Shown here piece after piece: positions 39,875-50,219 of a DNA stretch of 64,000 nt. The translations under genes were made by a program, and so were the position numbers. The notes below the pieces were generated by a model, which had not been told where the DNA came from, did no database searches, and worked only from the letters and a program-made list of their open reading frames with translations. Within the stretch, counting starts at the first letter, position 1. Every line of letters starts with the position of its first letter. This DNA is from an uncultured Methanolobus sp. (GTDB lineage Archaea > Halobacteriota > Methanosarcinia > Methanosarcinales > Methanosarcinaceae): contig OY776215.1 in the NCBI GenBank assembly GCA_963675495.1, forward strand, positions 2,400,001-2,464,000, read 5' to 3'.

Positions 39875-41887
39875 ATGGCAGTAGAAGATCTCGCATTCTT
39901 AATACCACTCCTGCCTGCACTGGCCTTTGTGCTGACTTTTTTCTTCGGGAAAAAGCTTCCAACAGGCGGTGCAATAATTCCAATAGCCGCTATTGCAACA
40001 TCATTTGTGCTATCATTATTGATAACATTGAGATTACTCGCAAACCCTGAAGAAGTTGTGACCCAGTCATACAGCTGGTTCGCCATGCTCAACATAGGTA
40101 TCCTTGTTGACCCACTGGCAGCTGTTATGCTTACAATGGTGACATTTGTCAGTCTGCTTATACACATATATTCATTAGGCTACATGTCACATGACAAGGC
40201 ACAATCCAGGTACTTTGCTGAAACAGCATTGTTCACAGCTTCAATGCTTGGTCTGGTTCTTTCAGACAACATCCTGCAACTCTTTATTTGCTGGGAACTT
40301 GTGGGTGTTTGTTCATACCTGCTCATCGGATTCTGGTTCCATAAGCCATCCGCTGCAACAGCAGCAAAGAAGGCTTTCCTGACAACCAGAATTGGTGACG
40401 TGATGTTCCTTACAGGAATAGTTGTCCTGTTCTCAGACCTCTTTAAGATATTCAACGGCGTCATTCCTGATGGTGTGTACATACTCAGGTTCGATGTAAT
40501 ATTTGCTCACATTCCTGAAATTGCAGCAATGAATGCAAACATTTTCGGAATGGAAGTAAGTCACATCACACTGATAACACTCCTGTTCTTCGGTGGTGCT
40601 GTTGGTAAGTCTGGTCAGTTCCCGCTTCATGTGTGGCTTCCTGACGCAATGGAAGGTCCAACAACCGTTTCAGCTCTCATACACGCAGCAACGATGGTTA
40701 CAGCCGGTGTCTACCTGGTCGCAAGAACATTCCCAATGTTCATCGCAGCTCCAAGTTCACTGATGATCGTAGCGTACCTCGGTGCTTTCACTGCAATATT
40801 CGCAGCAACAATGGGAATTGTCATGAACGACCTTAAGCGTGTACTTGCATACTCAACCATCAGTCAGCTCGGTTACATGATGCTTGGTCTTGGTGTTGGT
40901 GCAACTATCGGTGCTGAAGCAGTAGGTATATCACTCTTCCACCTGGTCAACCACGCATTCTTCAAGGCTCTTCTCTTCCTGTGTGCAGGCAGTGTTATTC
41001 ACGCCGTAGGTACACACGACATGAGACAGCTTGGTGGCGTTGCTAAAGTAATGCCAATAACCGCAGCAACAATGATTGCTGCAGCCCTGGCACTTTCAGG
41101 TATTGGTATTCCGGGAACATCCATCGGTACAAGTGGTTTCTTCAGTAAGGATGCGATCATCGAGAGCGCATATCTCTTCGGAGAAACGACCGGATCATGG
41201 ATCCCATACGCACTTTCTATCGCTGCAGCTCTGCTGACATCCCTGTATATCTTCAGGCTTCTGTTCATGACATTCTACGGAAAGCCACGTACAGATTACG
41301 GTGGACACGAGTCACCTGCATCAATGACGGTCCCACTTTCAATACTTGCAGTGTTTGCACTGTTCTTCGGTGGCCTGGCCTCAAAGACATTCAACACTTT
41401 TGTAAGTGATACCTTCATGAACAATTTCGTTCACGTGGACATTTCTGAACTTGCATCACTTGGTGGTTACCACCTTGCAGAACATGCAGGACATGAGCCA
41501 ATGCTTATACTCTGGATGCCACTGATTGTCGCAGTTGCAGGTTTCCTGATTGCTTTCCTTGTCTATGGACTGAAGATCGTCAATATGGACAGCCTTGTTT
41601 CAAGAAATAACCCAATTTACAAACTCCTGTACAACAGATACTACCAGAACTCTATCTTCACTAACTTCTTCTCGGTCAAGGTCATCTACGAAGGATTTGC
41701 CTTTGCAGGACGTGCCGCTGACAGAGGATTTGACTGGATAGTTAACTGGTTTGGTGACCTTACACTGGAGACTGGTGAATCACTACGTCAATTCCAGACA
41801 GGAGCTGTACAGAATTACGCCACTGCAGTGATAACCGGAGTAAGTCTTCTGGTCATACTTGTAACAGTGGTAATGGAGGTACTTTGA
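39875..41887 (+). CDS. fpoL: F420H2 dehydrogenase subunit L
   Basis: WELVGVCSYLLIGFW, KSGQFPLHVWLPDAMEGPT, HAFFKALLFL. Confidence 0.97.
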   Translation: MAVEDLAFLIPLLPALAFVLTFFFGKKLPTGGAIIPIAAIATSFVLSLLITLRLLANPEEVVTQSYSWFAMLNIGILVDPLAAVMLTMVTFVSLLIHIYSLGYMSHDKAQSRYFAETALFTASMLGLVLSDNILQLFICWELVGVCSYLLIGFWFHKPSAATAAKKAFLTTRIGDVMFLTGIVVLFSDLFKIFNGVIPDGVYILRFDVIFAHIPEIAAMNANIFGMEVSHITLITLLFFGGAVGKSGQFPLHVWLPDAMEGPTTVSALIHAATMVTAGVYLVARTFPMFIAAPSSLMIVAYLGAFTAIFAATMGIVMNDLKRVLAYSTISQLGYMMLGLGVGATIGAEAVGISLFHLVNHAFFKALLFLCAGSVIHAVGTHDMRQLGGVAKVMPITAATMIAAALALSGIGIPGTSIGTSGFFSKDAIIESAYLFGETTGSWIPYALSIAAALLTSLYIFRLLFMTFYGKPRTDYGGHESPASMTVPLSILAVFALFFGGLASKTFNTFVSDTFMNNFVHVDISELASLGGYHLAEHAGHEPMLILWMPLIVAVAGFLIAFLVYGLKIVNMDSLVSRNNPIYKLLYNRYYQNSIFTNFFSVKVIYEGFAFAGRAADRGFDWIVNWFGDLTLETGESLRQFQTGAVQNYATAVITGVSLLVILVTVVMEVL

Positions 41888-43374
41888 TGTTGCCGATACT
41901 ATCTTTGATCGTGCTGATACCTCTGATATTTGCAGCACTAACATTATTAACAAAAACAAAAGAACAGGCAAGGTCACTTGCACTGGTAGCTACAGTTTCT
42001 GTACTGTTACTTACAGTATACATGTACTTTAACTTCGACAGCAGTATAGCTGTTAATCAATTCGAGGAACTTGCGCAGTGGGTACCTTCTCTTGGAATTA
42101 CCTACCACCTCGGTGTTGACGGAATTGCAATGCCATTGATACTTCTCAATGCAATTGTTCTTCCACTTCTCGTTCTGTTCACATGGAACGATGAAAGGAA
42201 ATCACCGAACAAGTTCTATGCATGTATACTTGCAACAGAGGGTGCAGTAATTGGTGTATTCACCGCACTGGATTTCTTCCTGTTCTACGTGTTCTGGGAA
42301 CTTACACTCATACCGCTCTTCTTCATGGTGAGCATATGGGGAGGACCCAACAAACACAACGCAGCAATAAAGTTCTTCATATACACTCACGTGGCTTCTC
42401 TTGTGATGCTGCTCGGTATATTCGGACTTTACTTCGCAGCATGGGACATGACAGGAACTCCAACACTGGACATACCAACACTCATTGCCCAGTTCCAGTT
42501 CATTGAATCCGGAATCGCAAAGGATCTGATATTCCTTGCACTGCTCTTTGGTTTCATTGTCAAGATACCAAGTTTCCCATTCCATTCATGGCTTCCTGAT
42601 GCATATACTGAGGCACCAACTGCTGGCAGTGTGCTCTTTGTCATGCTCAAGATCGGTGGATACGGTCTCTTTAAGATAATGCTTCCAATGTTGCCATTCA
42701 CAGCATCACCAAATCTGATGATAACTATCATGGCAGTCCTTGGTTCTGTAAGTATACTCTACGGTGCATTCCTTGCACTCTCACAGAAGGACCTCAAGAA
42801 AATGGTTGCATACTCCAGTGTAAGTCACATGGGCTACGTAACACTTGGTGCAGCCGGTCTGGTGTCACTCTCCGTTTCAGGAGCAATGTTCCAGCAGTTT
42901 TCACACGGACTTATCATGAGTATTATGTTCATGTCATGTGGCGTGATCAACAATGCAACAGGCACAAGGATCATTAATGATCTCGGAGGCCTTGCGCAGA
43001 AGATGCCAAAACTGGCAACTATCATGGTATTTACCTTTATGGCATCCCTTGGACTCCCAGGACTTACTGGTTTCATTGCAGAGGTTTCAGTACTTGCCGG
43101 AGCATTTGTGAACCTGCCAATATACGTTATTATCGCGCTTCTGGCAATCGTAATAACAGCGGCTTATCACCTGTGGGCTCTCCAGAGATCAATGTTTGGT
43201 GTTTACAATGAGAAGCTCGGTACGGTTTTTGATATCAATAGTTATCAGACACTTTCAATGGGTATCATTGCGATTCTCATACTGTACTTCGGACTTAACC
43301 CAAGCCCGGTGCTTGATATGATGTTGACTAATTCAGAACAGATAATCAGCCTAATGGCTGTCATGGGGGTGTGA
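41887..43374 (+). CDS. fpoM: F420H2 dehydrogenase subunit M
   Basis: FYVFWELTLIP, PFHSWLPDAY, AYSSVSHMG, LGLPG. Confidence 0.97.
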   Translation: MLPILSLIVLIPLIFAALTLLTKTKEQARSLALVATVSVLLLTVYMYFNFDSSIAVNQFEELAQWVPSLGITYHLGVDGIAMPLILLNAIVLPLLVLFTWNDERKSPNKFYACILATEGAVIGVFTALDFFLFYVFWELTLIPLFFMVSIWGGPNKHNAAIKFFIYTHVASLVMLLGIFGLYFAAWDMTGTPTLDIPTLIAQFQFIESGIAKDLIFLALLFGFIVKIPSFPFHSWLPDAYTEAPTAGSVLFVMLKIGGYGLFKIMLPMLPFTASPNLMITIMAVLGSVSILYGAFLALSQKDLKKMVAYSSVSHMGYVTLGAAGLVSLSVSGAMFQQFSHGLIMSIMFMSCGVINNATGTRIINDLGGLAQKMPKLATIMVFTFMASLGLPGLTGFIAEVSVLAGAFVNLPIYVIIALLAIVITAAYHLWALQRSMFGVYNEKLGTVFDINSYQTLSMGIIAILILYFGLNPSPVLDMMLTNSEQIISLMAVMGV

Positions 43375-43377
43375 ATA

Positions 43378-44829
43378 ATGGATCTAATGTTATTTGCACC
43401 TGAACTATCCCTTGTGTTAACAGGGCTGGCAGTATTGCTTATCGGGCTTTTCATCCCGACAGAGTCAAAGAAGATACTGGGTTACATCGCAACACTGGGT
43501 GTAATTGTTGCCCTGTTCTTTACGGTTTCAAGCCTTGGAACCCAGGCAACAGCGTTCAACGACACAGTATCTATCGATGCCCTGTCCCAGTTCTTCAAGA
43601 TAGTGTTCCTTGTGGTCGCATTACTCTTTACGATCTCAGGTATAAAGTACACTGAAGGCAACAGTAACACTGAAGAGTTCTTCGTACTCGGATTATTCGC
43701 AACCATAGGCATGATGTTCGTTGCATCTGCAAACGATCTCATGGTATTGTTCATTGCATTCGAACTTGCAAGTCTTGCAACCTATGCACTTGCAGGTTTT
43801 GAGAAGAAGAACCCCAAGTCACTGGAAGCTGCTCTGAAATACTTTATCATAGGTTCACTTTCAGCGGCCCTTATGCTCCTTGGTATATCCTATCTCTACG
43901 GAGCAACAGGCACAACCAGCATTCCGGGAATTGCAGCCAACGCAGGTGTACTTGTATCTAGTCCAATGGGACTTGTGGCAGTGGTTCTTCTGATAGCAGG
44001 ATTTGGTTTCAAGATCGCTCTTGTACCATTCCACATGTGGGCACCTGACACATACCAGGGTTCACCTTCAGTAGTATCTGCATTGCTTGCAGCCGGTTCA
44101 AAGAAGATGGGTATTGTAGCAGCTCTTAAGGTATTCGTAGTTGCACTCATAGCCCTTCAGGCTGAATGGCAGATCGCATTTGCAGTACTTGCAGTTGTCA
44201 CAATGACATACGGTAACGTTGTAGCTCTTAACCAGACAAGTGTCAAGAGAATGCTTGCATACTCCTCACTTGCACAGGCAGGTTACATCACAATGGCATT
44301 TGTGGTACTCACTCCTATGGCACTTGGTGGAGGTATCTTCTATGCACTATCACACGGTTTCATGAAGGCGGGAGCTTTCATTGCAACTGCAGCTGTGACA
44401 TACATGATACTTTCAGAGAACAAGGATTCTACCGACCCGGACCACATTGATAATTTCAGAGGTCTTGGAAGGAGAATGCCAATAACTGCTCTTTCAATGA
44501 CAGTGTTCGTATTTGCACTGGCAGGTATCCCGCTCACAGCAGGTTACATGAGCAAGTTCATTCTGTTCTCATCCACCATCCAGTCAGGATTTGCATGGCT
44601 CGCAGTAATTGCAATACTTAACAGTGCAATTTCACTGTACTACTATGCAAAGATCGTCAAATACATGTACTTCCTCCCAACAGAGAGTGAAAAGATATCA
44701 GAACCACTCCCATACACCATTGCAATGGTAATTGCTGTGCTTGGTGTACTTGTGCTTGGTTTCTGGCCTGAACCATTCGTCTACTGGGCAATGGAAGCTG
44801 CAAAAGTATTGATTCCTGGAGGTTTCTAA
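43378..44829 (+). CDS. fpoN: F420H2 dehydrogenase subunit N
   Basis: EAALKYF, FKIALVPFHMWAPDTYQG, KRMLAYSS, LAGIPLTAG. Confidence 0.97.
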   Translation: MDLMLFAPELSLVLTGLAVLLIGLFIPTESKKILGYIATLGVIVALFFTVSSLGTQATAFNDTVSIDALSQFFKIVFLVVALLFTISGIKYTEGNSNTEEFFVLGLFATIGMMFVASANDLMVLFIAFELASLATYALAGFEKKNPKSLEAALKYFIIGSLSAALMLLGISYLYGATGTTSIPGIAANAGVLVSSPMGLVAVVLLIAGFGFKIALVPFHMWAPDTYQGSPSVVSALLAAGSKKMGIVAALKVFVVALIALQAEWQIAFAVLAVVTMTYGNVVALNQTSVKRMLAYSSLAQAGYITMAFVVLTPMALGGGIFYALSHGFMKAGAFIATAAVTYMILSENKDSTDPDHIDNFRGLGRRMPITALSMTVFVFALAGIPLTAGYMSKFILFSSTIQSGFAWLAVIAILNSAISLYYYAKIVKYMYFLPTESEKISEPLPYTIAMVIAVLGVLVLGFWPEPFVYWAMEAAKVLIPGGF

Positions 44830-44830
44830 A

Positions 44831-45193
44831 ATGGCAGATTGTGATCTTTGTGGAGTTGCTATCCCAACAGTAGTTCCTGTGAGGATATTCAAGCCAAAGT
44901 ACGCACATTCCTATCCACATGGCATGTGGCAGGGTCTTTGCGAAGGTTGCCTTGATGCAGGAAAGAAAAGCTTCGACAAGCAATCTGAATCCCCAAGCTG
45001 TGGCTCAGCAGGCAAATGCGAATTCTGCGGTGCTATAGCACAGTTGTATGATGTAACCATCAGCAGACCTTCATTCTCAAAGGGTGCTGAGGAAGACACA
45101 GTGCAGCTCTGCAAGAAGTGCCTTGGATCAATCAATGAGGCACATGCGGCATGGGAAGAGCAGAAGGCTGAAGAAGAACACGAACATCATTAA
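44831..45193 (+). CDS. fpoO: F420H2 dehydrogenase subunit O
   Basis: MADCDLCGVAIPTV..WQGLCEGC..CEFCG..LCKKC; last gene of operon. Confidence 0.93.
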   Translation: MADCDLCGVAIPTVVPVRIFKPKYAHSYPHGMWQGLCEGCLDAGKKSFDKQSESPSCGSAGKCEFCGAIAQLYDVTISRPSFSKGAEEDTVQLCKKCLGSINEAHAAWEEQKAEEEHEHH

Positions 45194-45207
45194 GTATTAA
45201 ATTAGAA

Positions 45208-45241
45208 GACCGGTTAAGCCGGTCCTTTCTTTTCTTTTTTT
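45208..45241 (+). terminator. fpo operon terminator
   Basis: GACCGG-TTAAG-CCGGTC then long T-rich tract. Confidence 0.75.
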
Positions 45242-45281
45242 GATTGATTTTACTGTTTTTTTAGTTGATCTTGGTCAGTTC

Positions 45282-46568
45282 TCAATAAAATAGTATATAT
45301 GCTACACTCGTGAACGCCAGACTTGTAATACCCATCACAACACCACCCAGTGTATAACTTTTCAGAACCTCGGCAGTTTCCAGCTCAGCTAGATCCTTGT
45401 ATATCCAGAAGAACGGATCATTGAAGTGTGATATGAGGAAGGTTCCCGAGGCCATTGAAAATAGCACTATCTCCGCTGGCAGTCCAAGTGTAGGGACAAG
45501 TGGTATCACAATTGAAGGTGCCACCAGCATTGTGACAACCCTTGAACCCTGGACACTCTGTATGGCAACCGCAATAAGAAAAGGAACAAGTATTGCAGGC
45601 AATGGTAGTACTGCAAGGAGCGTTCCCATATCCTGACCTACTCCTGTCATAGCAAGAGTGGCTCCAAGAGCTCCTCCACCGCACATGTCCAGAATGACCA
45701 CACCGCTTCTTTTGATAGCTTTTTCAATCCATTGCCTTACAGGAGTGAATGTGTACTGCCTGTAAGCAAAGAAAATAGCCATGACAACTCCAATTAGTAG
45801 AGCCATGTCCGGCTCACCAATTATATTGAATATGGGGATATTTGTAAAAACATCCGTAAGGATCAATGCAACAGGAATTACAATTGGAAAGTAGGCTGCT
45901 ATTCTTCCAGGCAGTTCCAGATTCTGATCATTGTTTTCGTTTTCATTGTCTACAATAAAACCGGACATGTCTCCGGTACTGCAGAATTTAATCGCATAAA
46001 GGTATCCAATCATTGAAACTACAAGTGCAATGATAATTCCCGGAATCAGTATATCGCTACTATTGATTCCCAGTTCGGATACTGCAGAATAAACAACCGG
46101 GGAAGGATAAACAAGGTTATACGATGCCAGTGTTCCAAAAACAAGTGCAGATGCGGTGAGTACTTTTGGAAGTTGTTCTTTGGTCTTGATCTCCCTTGCT
46201 ACCGGGATAAAAATCACATAGGCAAGAATACAGCACATGAGAGGCACTGAGAATATGAATCCAAGTATATTCAGTCCAAAAAGAGGCTTTCTTGATATTT
46301 TGATAATATCACTGGCAATAAGTCTTGCTCCACCTGTCCTTTGTAATATTATCCCTATTATGCTGCCAGCAGCTATTATGATGGCAAAATGAGAGAATAC
46401 TCTTCCCATTCCACTTGTTATGGCTTCAATGGTGCCTGTCGCTTCACCTGCAAGTATTCCCGTTATGATCGATGTTAAAATAAGGCCTAAAAAAGGGTGT
46501 ATTCTCAGCTTTGCAGTAAGAATTAGTATAATTAACAGTGAAAAAACAAAGACTATCAGGGAGTTCAT
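45282..46568 (-). CDS. GntP-family permease
   Basis: KLRIHPFLGL, VQGSRVV, SHFNDPFFW; about 12 TM. Confidence 0.9.
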   Translation of the reverse strand: MNSLIVFVFSLLIILILTAKLRIHPFLGLILTSIITGILAGEATGTIEAITSGMGRVFSHFAIIIAAGSIIGIILQRTGGARLIASDIIKISRKPLFGLNILGFIFSVPLMCCILAYVIFIPVAREIKTKEQLPKVLTASALVFGTLASYNLVYPSPVVYSAVSELGINSSDILIPGIIIALVVSMIGYLYAIKFCSTGDMSGFIVDNENENNDQNLELPGRIAAYFPIVIPVALILTDVFTNIPIFNIIGEPDMALLIGVVMAIFFAYRQYTFTPVRQWIEKAIKRSGVVILDMCGGGALGATLAMTGVGQDMGTLLAVLPLPAILVPFLIAVAIQSVQGSRVVTMLVAPSIVIPLVPTLGLPAEIVLFSMASGTFLISHFNDPFFWIYKDLAELETAEVLKSYTLGGVVMGITSLAFTSVAYILFY

Positions 46569-46647
46569 TAAAAGGAAATCGGTTGTAGAGTAGTATAAGC
46601 CTTACCCTGTATAAGGTATTCTACTCTAAACCAGTTTAACTTATTCT

Positions 46648-47022
46648 TCAACGTAAAGTAGGTAAAGACAGCTGTTCTCTCTCATTTCCATGAATCCCTG
46701 GATTTTGGAAATTCCTGCTTTTTCCAGCAAACTTTTTTCCATGATTCAGAGGAAGTGCTATCTTTTCGGTATATGCTTTTAAAGCATAGACATATCCAAT
46801 GACATCTCCGTTTTTGTAAGTGATAGTAAGATCGGTTTGTACATAGATAACTCCTTCTACGGTTAGTGATGTTCTTCTATTTTTTATTGCTACATTAAAA
46901 GCGGCCCACACCACATGCTTCTTTTTCCATTCTCTAAGTATAGTTTTGACCTACACAAAGCTAATATTCTAAAACACATTCGGTCCCTTCTTTGCTGACT
47001 ATATGTCATTAGCAAGTGAATA
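46648..47022 (-). pseudogene. Possible degraded gene remnant (PAS/PAC-like fragment)
   Basis: YKNGDVIGYVYALKAYTEK resembles a PAC motif; the frame upstream is broken by three TAGs and lacks a clear start. Confidence 0.25.
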
Positions 47023-47141
47023 TTATGCAATGTCCATTATGATTCTAGGTCTGCTTTGCATTGAATCAGTAAATACACTATATTTGGACATTAATGGCAA
47101 TTATAGTTTGTAATCTCCACAATTGAATTTACTATATTATA

Positions 47142-47672
47142 CTAAAGTTTTGATATTTTAATCCATTTTAATTCTGGGTTTTGCGGATACAATTGTTCAG
47201 TGGTTGCATTATCTTCTTCTATTATCTGTATAGCTTCACTTTCTGACTTAACCGTCATCTCAAAAGGACTCTCACCTCTAACCTCATATCTGAGAAAAAG
47301 CCGTCCCTCTTCTGCCATCAATAGTCTTACATGATCCTGCTTTAAAGACTCAAGTCCGATTTCGTGTCCTTTTTGGCTTTTTGCTGTCCATACATTAAGC
47401 TCAGTCTCTGCTACATATGAAGCTTTAATAACTCCATTGTTAAGTCCGGTTATCTTGTCTTCTTCGACTGGATTAATATCCACGTCATCTACAATAGAAT
47501 AAGATAGATCGTTTGAAGTGGTATTCCTTGAAAATAATAATTTGCTTGATACAGAGTCATCTGTGTTTGCACCTGTTCTTACAAGCGAATGCAGCATCTT
47601 AGTGAATCTAGTTCCCTTGTCACTATCTTCAGTGTTTGATCTTTCCAGATGCTGTGTCCAGATATTTGTCAT
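47142..47672 (-). CDS. Hypothetical protein (176 aa)
   Basis: Long ORF in AT-rich context, GGTTGA before ATG 47672; no family recognised. Confidence 0.65.
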   Translation of the reverse strand: MTNIWTQHLERSNTEDSDKGTRFTKMLHSLVRTGANTDDSVSSKLLFSRNTTSNDLSYSIVDDVDINPVEEDKITGLNNGVIKASYVAETELNVWTAKSQKGHEIGLESLKQDHVRLLMAEEGRLFLRYEVRGESPFEMTVKSESEAIQIIEEDNATTEQLYPQNPELKWIKISKL

Positions 47673-48232
47673 AAAAGTCAACCGTTAGAAAGTCAATTAT
47701 TATTAAAAACCAAGCTCATCCCAGCACATTCATAATAAAACCTTGCATTTTATCGGGTGATTGTGGGTATTTTTGTATGGGAGCGAGCCCATCGATGCAC
47801 TCGCCTACCACTTAATGATTATTTTCATTTAGTATATCCTTAATGACTATGCGCATAAATGCAGAGCATCTACAATCTCTTCATGTCTCCCATATTTGAT
47901 ATTGTACTCATGTGTAAAATTTGCACTACACTTTAGTATAACATGGCAGCATTATTATTTTATTATATAATGATTAGTATAATATATTAAATTATTGTTT
48001 GTCCCGATGTATCCAAGTTTCAAGAATATAGTATTTTACTTTCTGTGCAATATAAAAAACATGGAGCTTTATACTTTATATTGTAAAGTCCCAGTTGCAT
48101 TTTTAGTGTGTTTATATATATATATATATTTATGATTGTATTGATGTATATGTAATTATCTTACATAAGAATTTGAAAATATGGTCATTAAAAAAAGCGA
48201 ATTATATTAACTAAGCATCAGAAAACCTATTT

Positions 48233-49168
48233 TCATGCTATTGATAGAAGTATTATCAGGATACAAAACCTGACTAGTATACTGATTCCCGTAGAGAAAG
48301 CTACAATTCTGATTCCTATACGTGGACCAAATATAGATACATAGCGTGGTAAAAGGGACCTTATACTGAATACAGGGAGCATGAACATACTTCCCAGCAT
48401 AAGTACTATCATTGCCTGGATATACGATATTCCATTATTACTTATCATAGGGCCTAATAGTGATATTCCAAGAATTGGGCTTGCAACGTAGCTTGTGAGC
48501 GGCACAATACTTTCAGAAGGGATACCGAAAAGATCAGCAAGCGGCAATACATTAAATAATTCAAAAGCTCCTCGTTCCCTGAGTATGAAAACAAGCGTGG
48601 TCATCGATAGATAAATGACCGCTATCTTGGTGAACAGTTTGCGATTGCGCTTAAGAGATTTTTTGATCGCATCTTTCAGGGTGACCTTCTTTGATGAAAT
48701 ATTTTCTTCATACTGGCACCTATTCTTTTTGAGGAATATCCTACTAAGTATTATAACTGCACTGACCTTTATAACTGCAGTCAGTATAAATACCATTACG
48801 TAAAAACCACCGACAACCGGTCCAAGTGCCGGGAGGACTATGGGTATTTGATAGGTTATGATTTCCCTTACATATGCAGGTGTGCTGTTGAGCAATGCAC
48901 AGAGCATAGTTTCTCTCTCATTGATGCATCCTCCTTCTTTAAAATTCACAACCATGCTGTTTGCAGCAACAGTAGAACCCAGTGCCACCATAAAAGATGA
49001 TGCGCATGTGTCGGGGAGGTTTGTATACTTGAAAAGTGGTTTTACGAGTCCTGAAAATTTCTGCATGAACCCAAGTTCTATAAGGACTCCGGTTCCAAAA
49101 AGCCCCAAGAATATCATAATCAAAATGGGAATTGCGAAGTCCAGAACTTTAAGGAAAATGGAAAACAT
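48233..49168 (-). CDS. Nucleoside-recognition (Gate) domain membrane protein
   Basis: Hydrophobic, KPLFKYTNLP, LPRYVSIFGPRIG. Confidence 0.75.
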   Translation of the reverse strand: MFSIFLKVLDFAIPILIMIFLGLFGTGVLIELGFMQKFSGLVKPLFKYTNLPDTCASSFMVALGSTVAANSMVVNFKEGGCINERETMLCALLNSTPAYVREIITYQIPIVLPALGPVVGGFYVMVFILTAVIKVSAVIILSRIFLKKNRCQYEENISSKKVTLKDAIKKSLKRNRKLFTKIAVIYLSMTTLVFILRERGAFELFNVLPLADLFGIPSESIVPLTSYVASPILGISLLGPMISNNGISYIQAMIVLMLGSMFMLPVFSIRSLLPRYVSIFGPRIGIRIVAFSTGISILVRFCILIILLSIA

Positions 49169-49316
49169 GGATTATTGTACGGATAAGGAAGTAAATTAAT
49201 CTATCTCTTATCTTAAATACTCATAAATGGAATTATCATGATTAGCAATATGGTTTTGATTTAGATGATAGAAAAACCTTATATTGATTGTAACGTATTC
49301 AAAGGTGGTGATCGAG

Positions 49317-49499
49317 TTGAAAAAGAACCTTATGGATATTCTTGCCTGTCCTGTATGTAAAGGAGATCTTGTCCTTAACATCGAAAAGGAAGATGCCAAT
49401 GAGGTTATATCGGGCACCCTGTACTGTTCTGTATGCAATGAATACTATCCTATAGAGGAGGGTATACCAAATATGCTTCCTCCTGATCTAAGGGAATAA
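49317..49499 (+). CDS. trm112: Methyltransferase activator Trm112 family
   Basis: LMDILACPVCKGDL..LYCSVCNEYYPIEEGIPNML; GGTGGTGA RBS before TTG. Confidence 0.92.
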   Translation: MKKNLMDILACPVCKGDLVLNIEKEDANEVISGTLYCSVCNEYYPIEEGIPNMLPPDLRE

Positions 49500-49518
49500 A
49501 ACTGGTGAGGAAATTCAA

Positions 49519-50205
49519 TTGCAACAGGTTCATATCAACAGGCTTGGTGTAAATTCACTGGAATTCGAAACGGATACTGTTGAATTACCTTTATCCCCCG
49601 GTGAAGAACGCAGTTTTGAAATAGTTTTGATAAACTATGGCGCACCAACACATGTAAATTTATCAGTAAGTGATTCTATAAGGGAGAACATCACTGTTCT
49701 TGAAGACAATCCTTATGTTAAGCATGAGGAATACATACCTTTTATTGCAAGAATCCCATATGATGGCAGAGTCTACAGCAAAGGACAACTCTATATTACT
49801 GTGGGCTATGGTTCCAAAAGACAGGGATTTGATCTGAACCTGGGTCATCTAAGCCCAAATGATAAGAGTTTTTCAGTTGATGTTGACGAATCCTTATATA
49901 ACCTTCAAAAATCCAAACCCTCAAAATCCCCTTCTTCCGCAATATCTGACGGGGAACACTGGAGCGCTCAACTTCCTTCCATATCATTTGAAATGCTAAG
50001 ATCAGCTTTAGGTCTGGCAGCTCCGCATTCTGTTAATATATTCAGGGTAGTTATATTGCTGCTATTCGTTTCTGTTCTTGCTTTTATAGTTCTGTCCATT
50101 GACTTTGGCCAGTTCTTTGGTTTTTATCAATCTGTATTGTATGCAATTATTCTTACATTTTTTATGGCTTATCTATTACTGAGACTTCCTAAATCTAAGA
50201 GATAA
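49519..50205 (+). CDS. Hypothetical protein with two C-terminal TM helices
   Basis: [28 protein letters not shown]; operonic between trm112 and pyrG. Confidence 0.8.
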   Translation: MQQVHINRLGVNSLEFETDTVELPLSPGEERSFEIVLINYGAPTHVNLSVSDSIRENITVLEDNPYVKHEEYIPFIARIPYDGRVYSKGQLYITVGYGSKRQGFDLNLGHLSPNDKSFSVDVDESLYNLQKSKPSKSPSSAISDGEHWSAQLPSISFEMLRSALGLAAPHSVNIFRVVILLLFVSVLAFIVLSIDFGQFFGFYQSVLYAIILTFFMAYLLLRLPKSKR

Positions 50206-50219
50206 TCAAGGTGAATAAT

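Noticed and set aside
5180-47817. Shared CATTAAGT(G)G sequence in the leaders near 5185 and 47812
   Set aside because: Match is too short and downstream sequences do not align; likely chance
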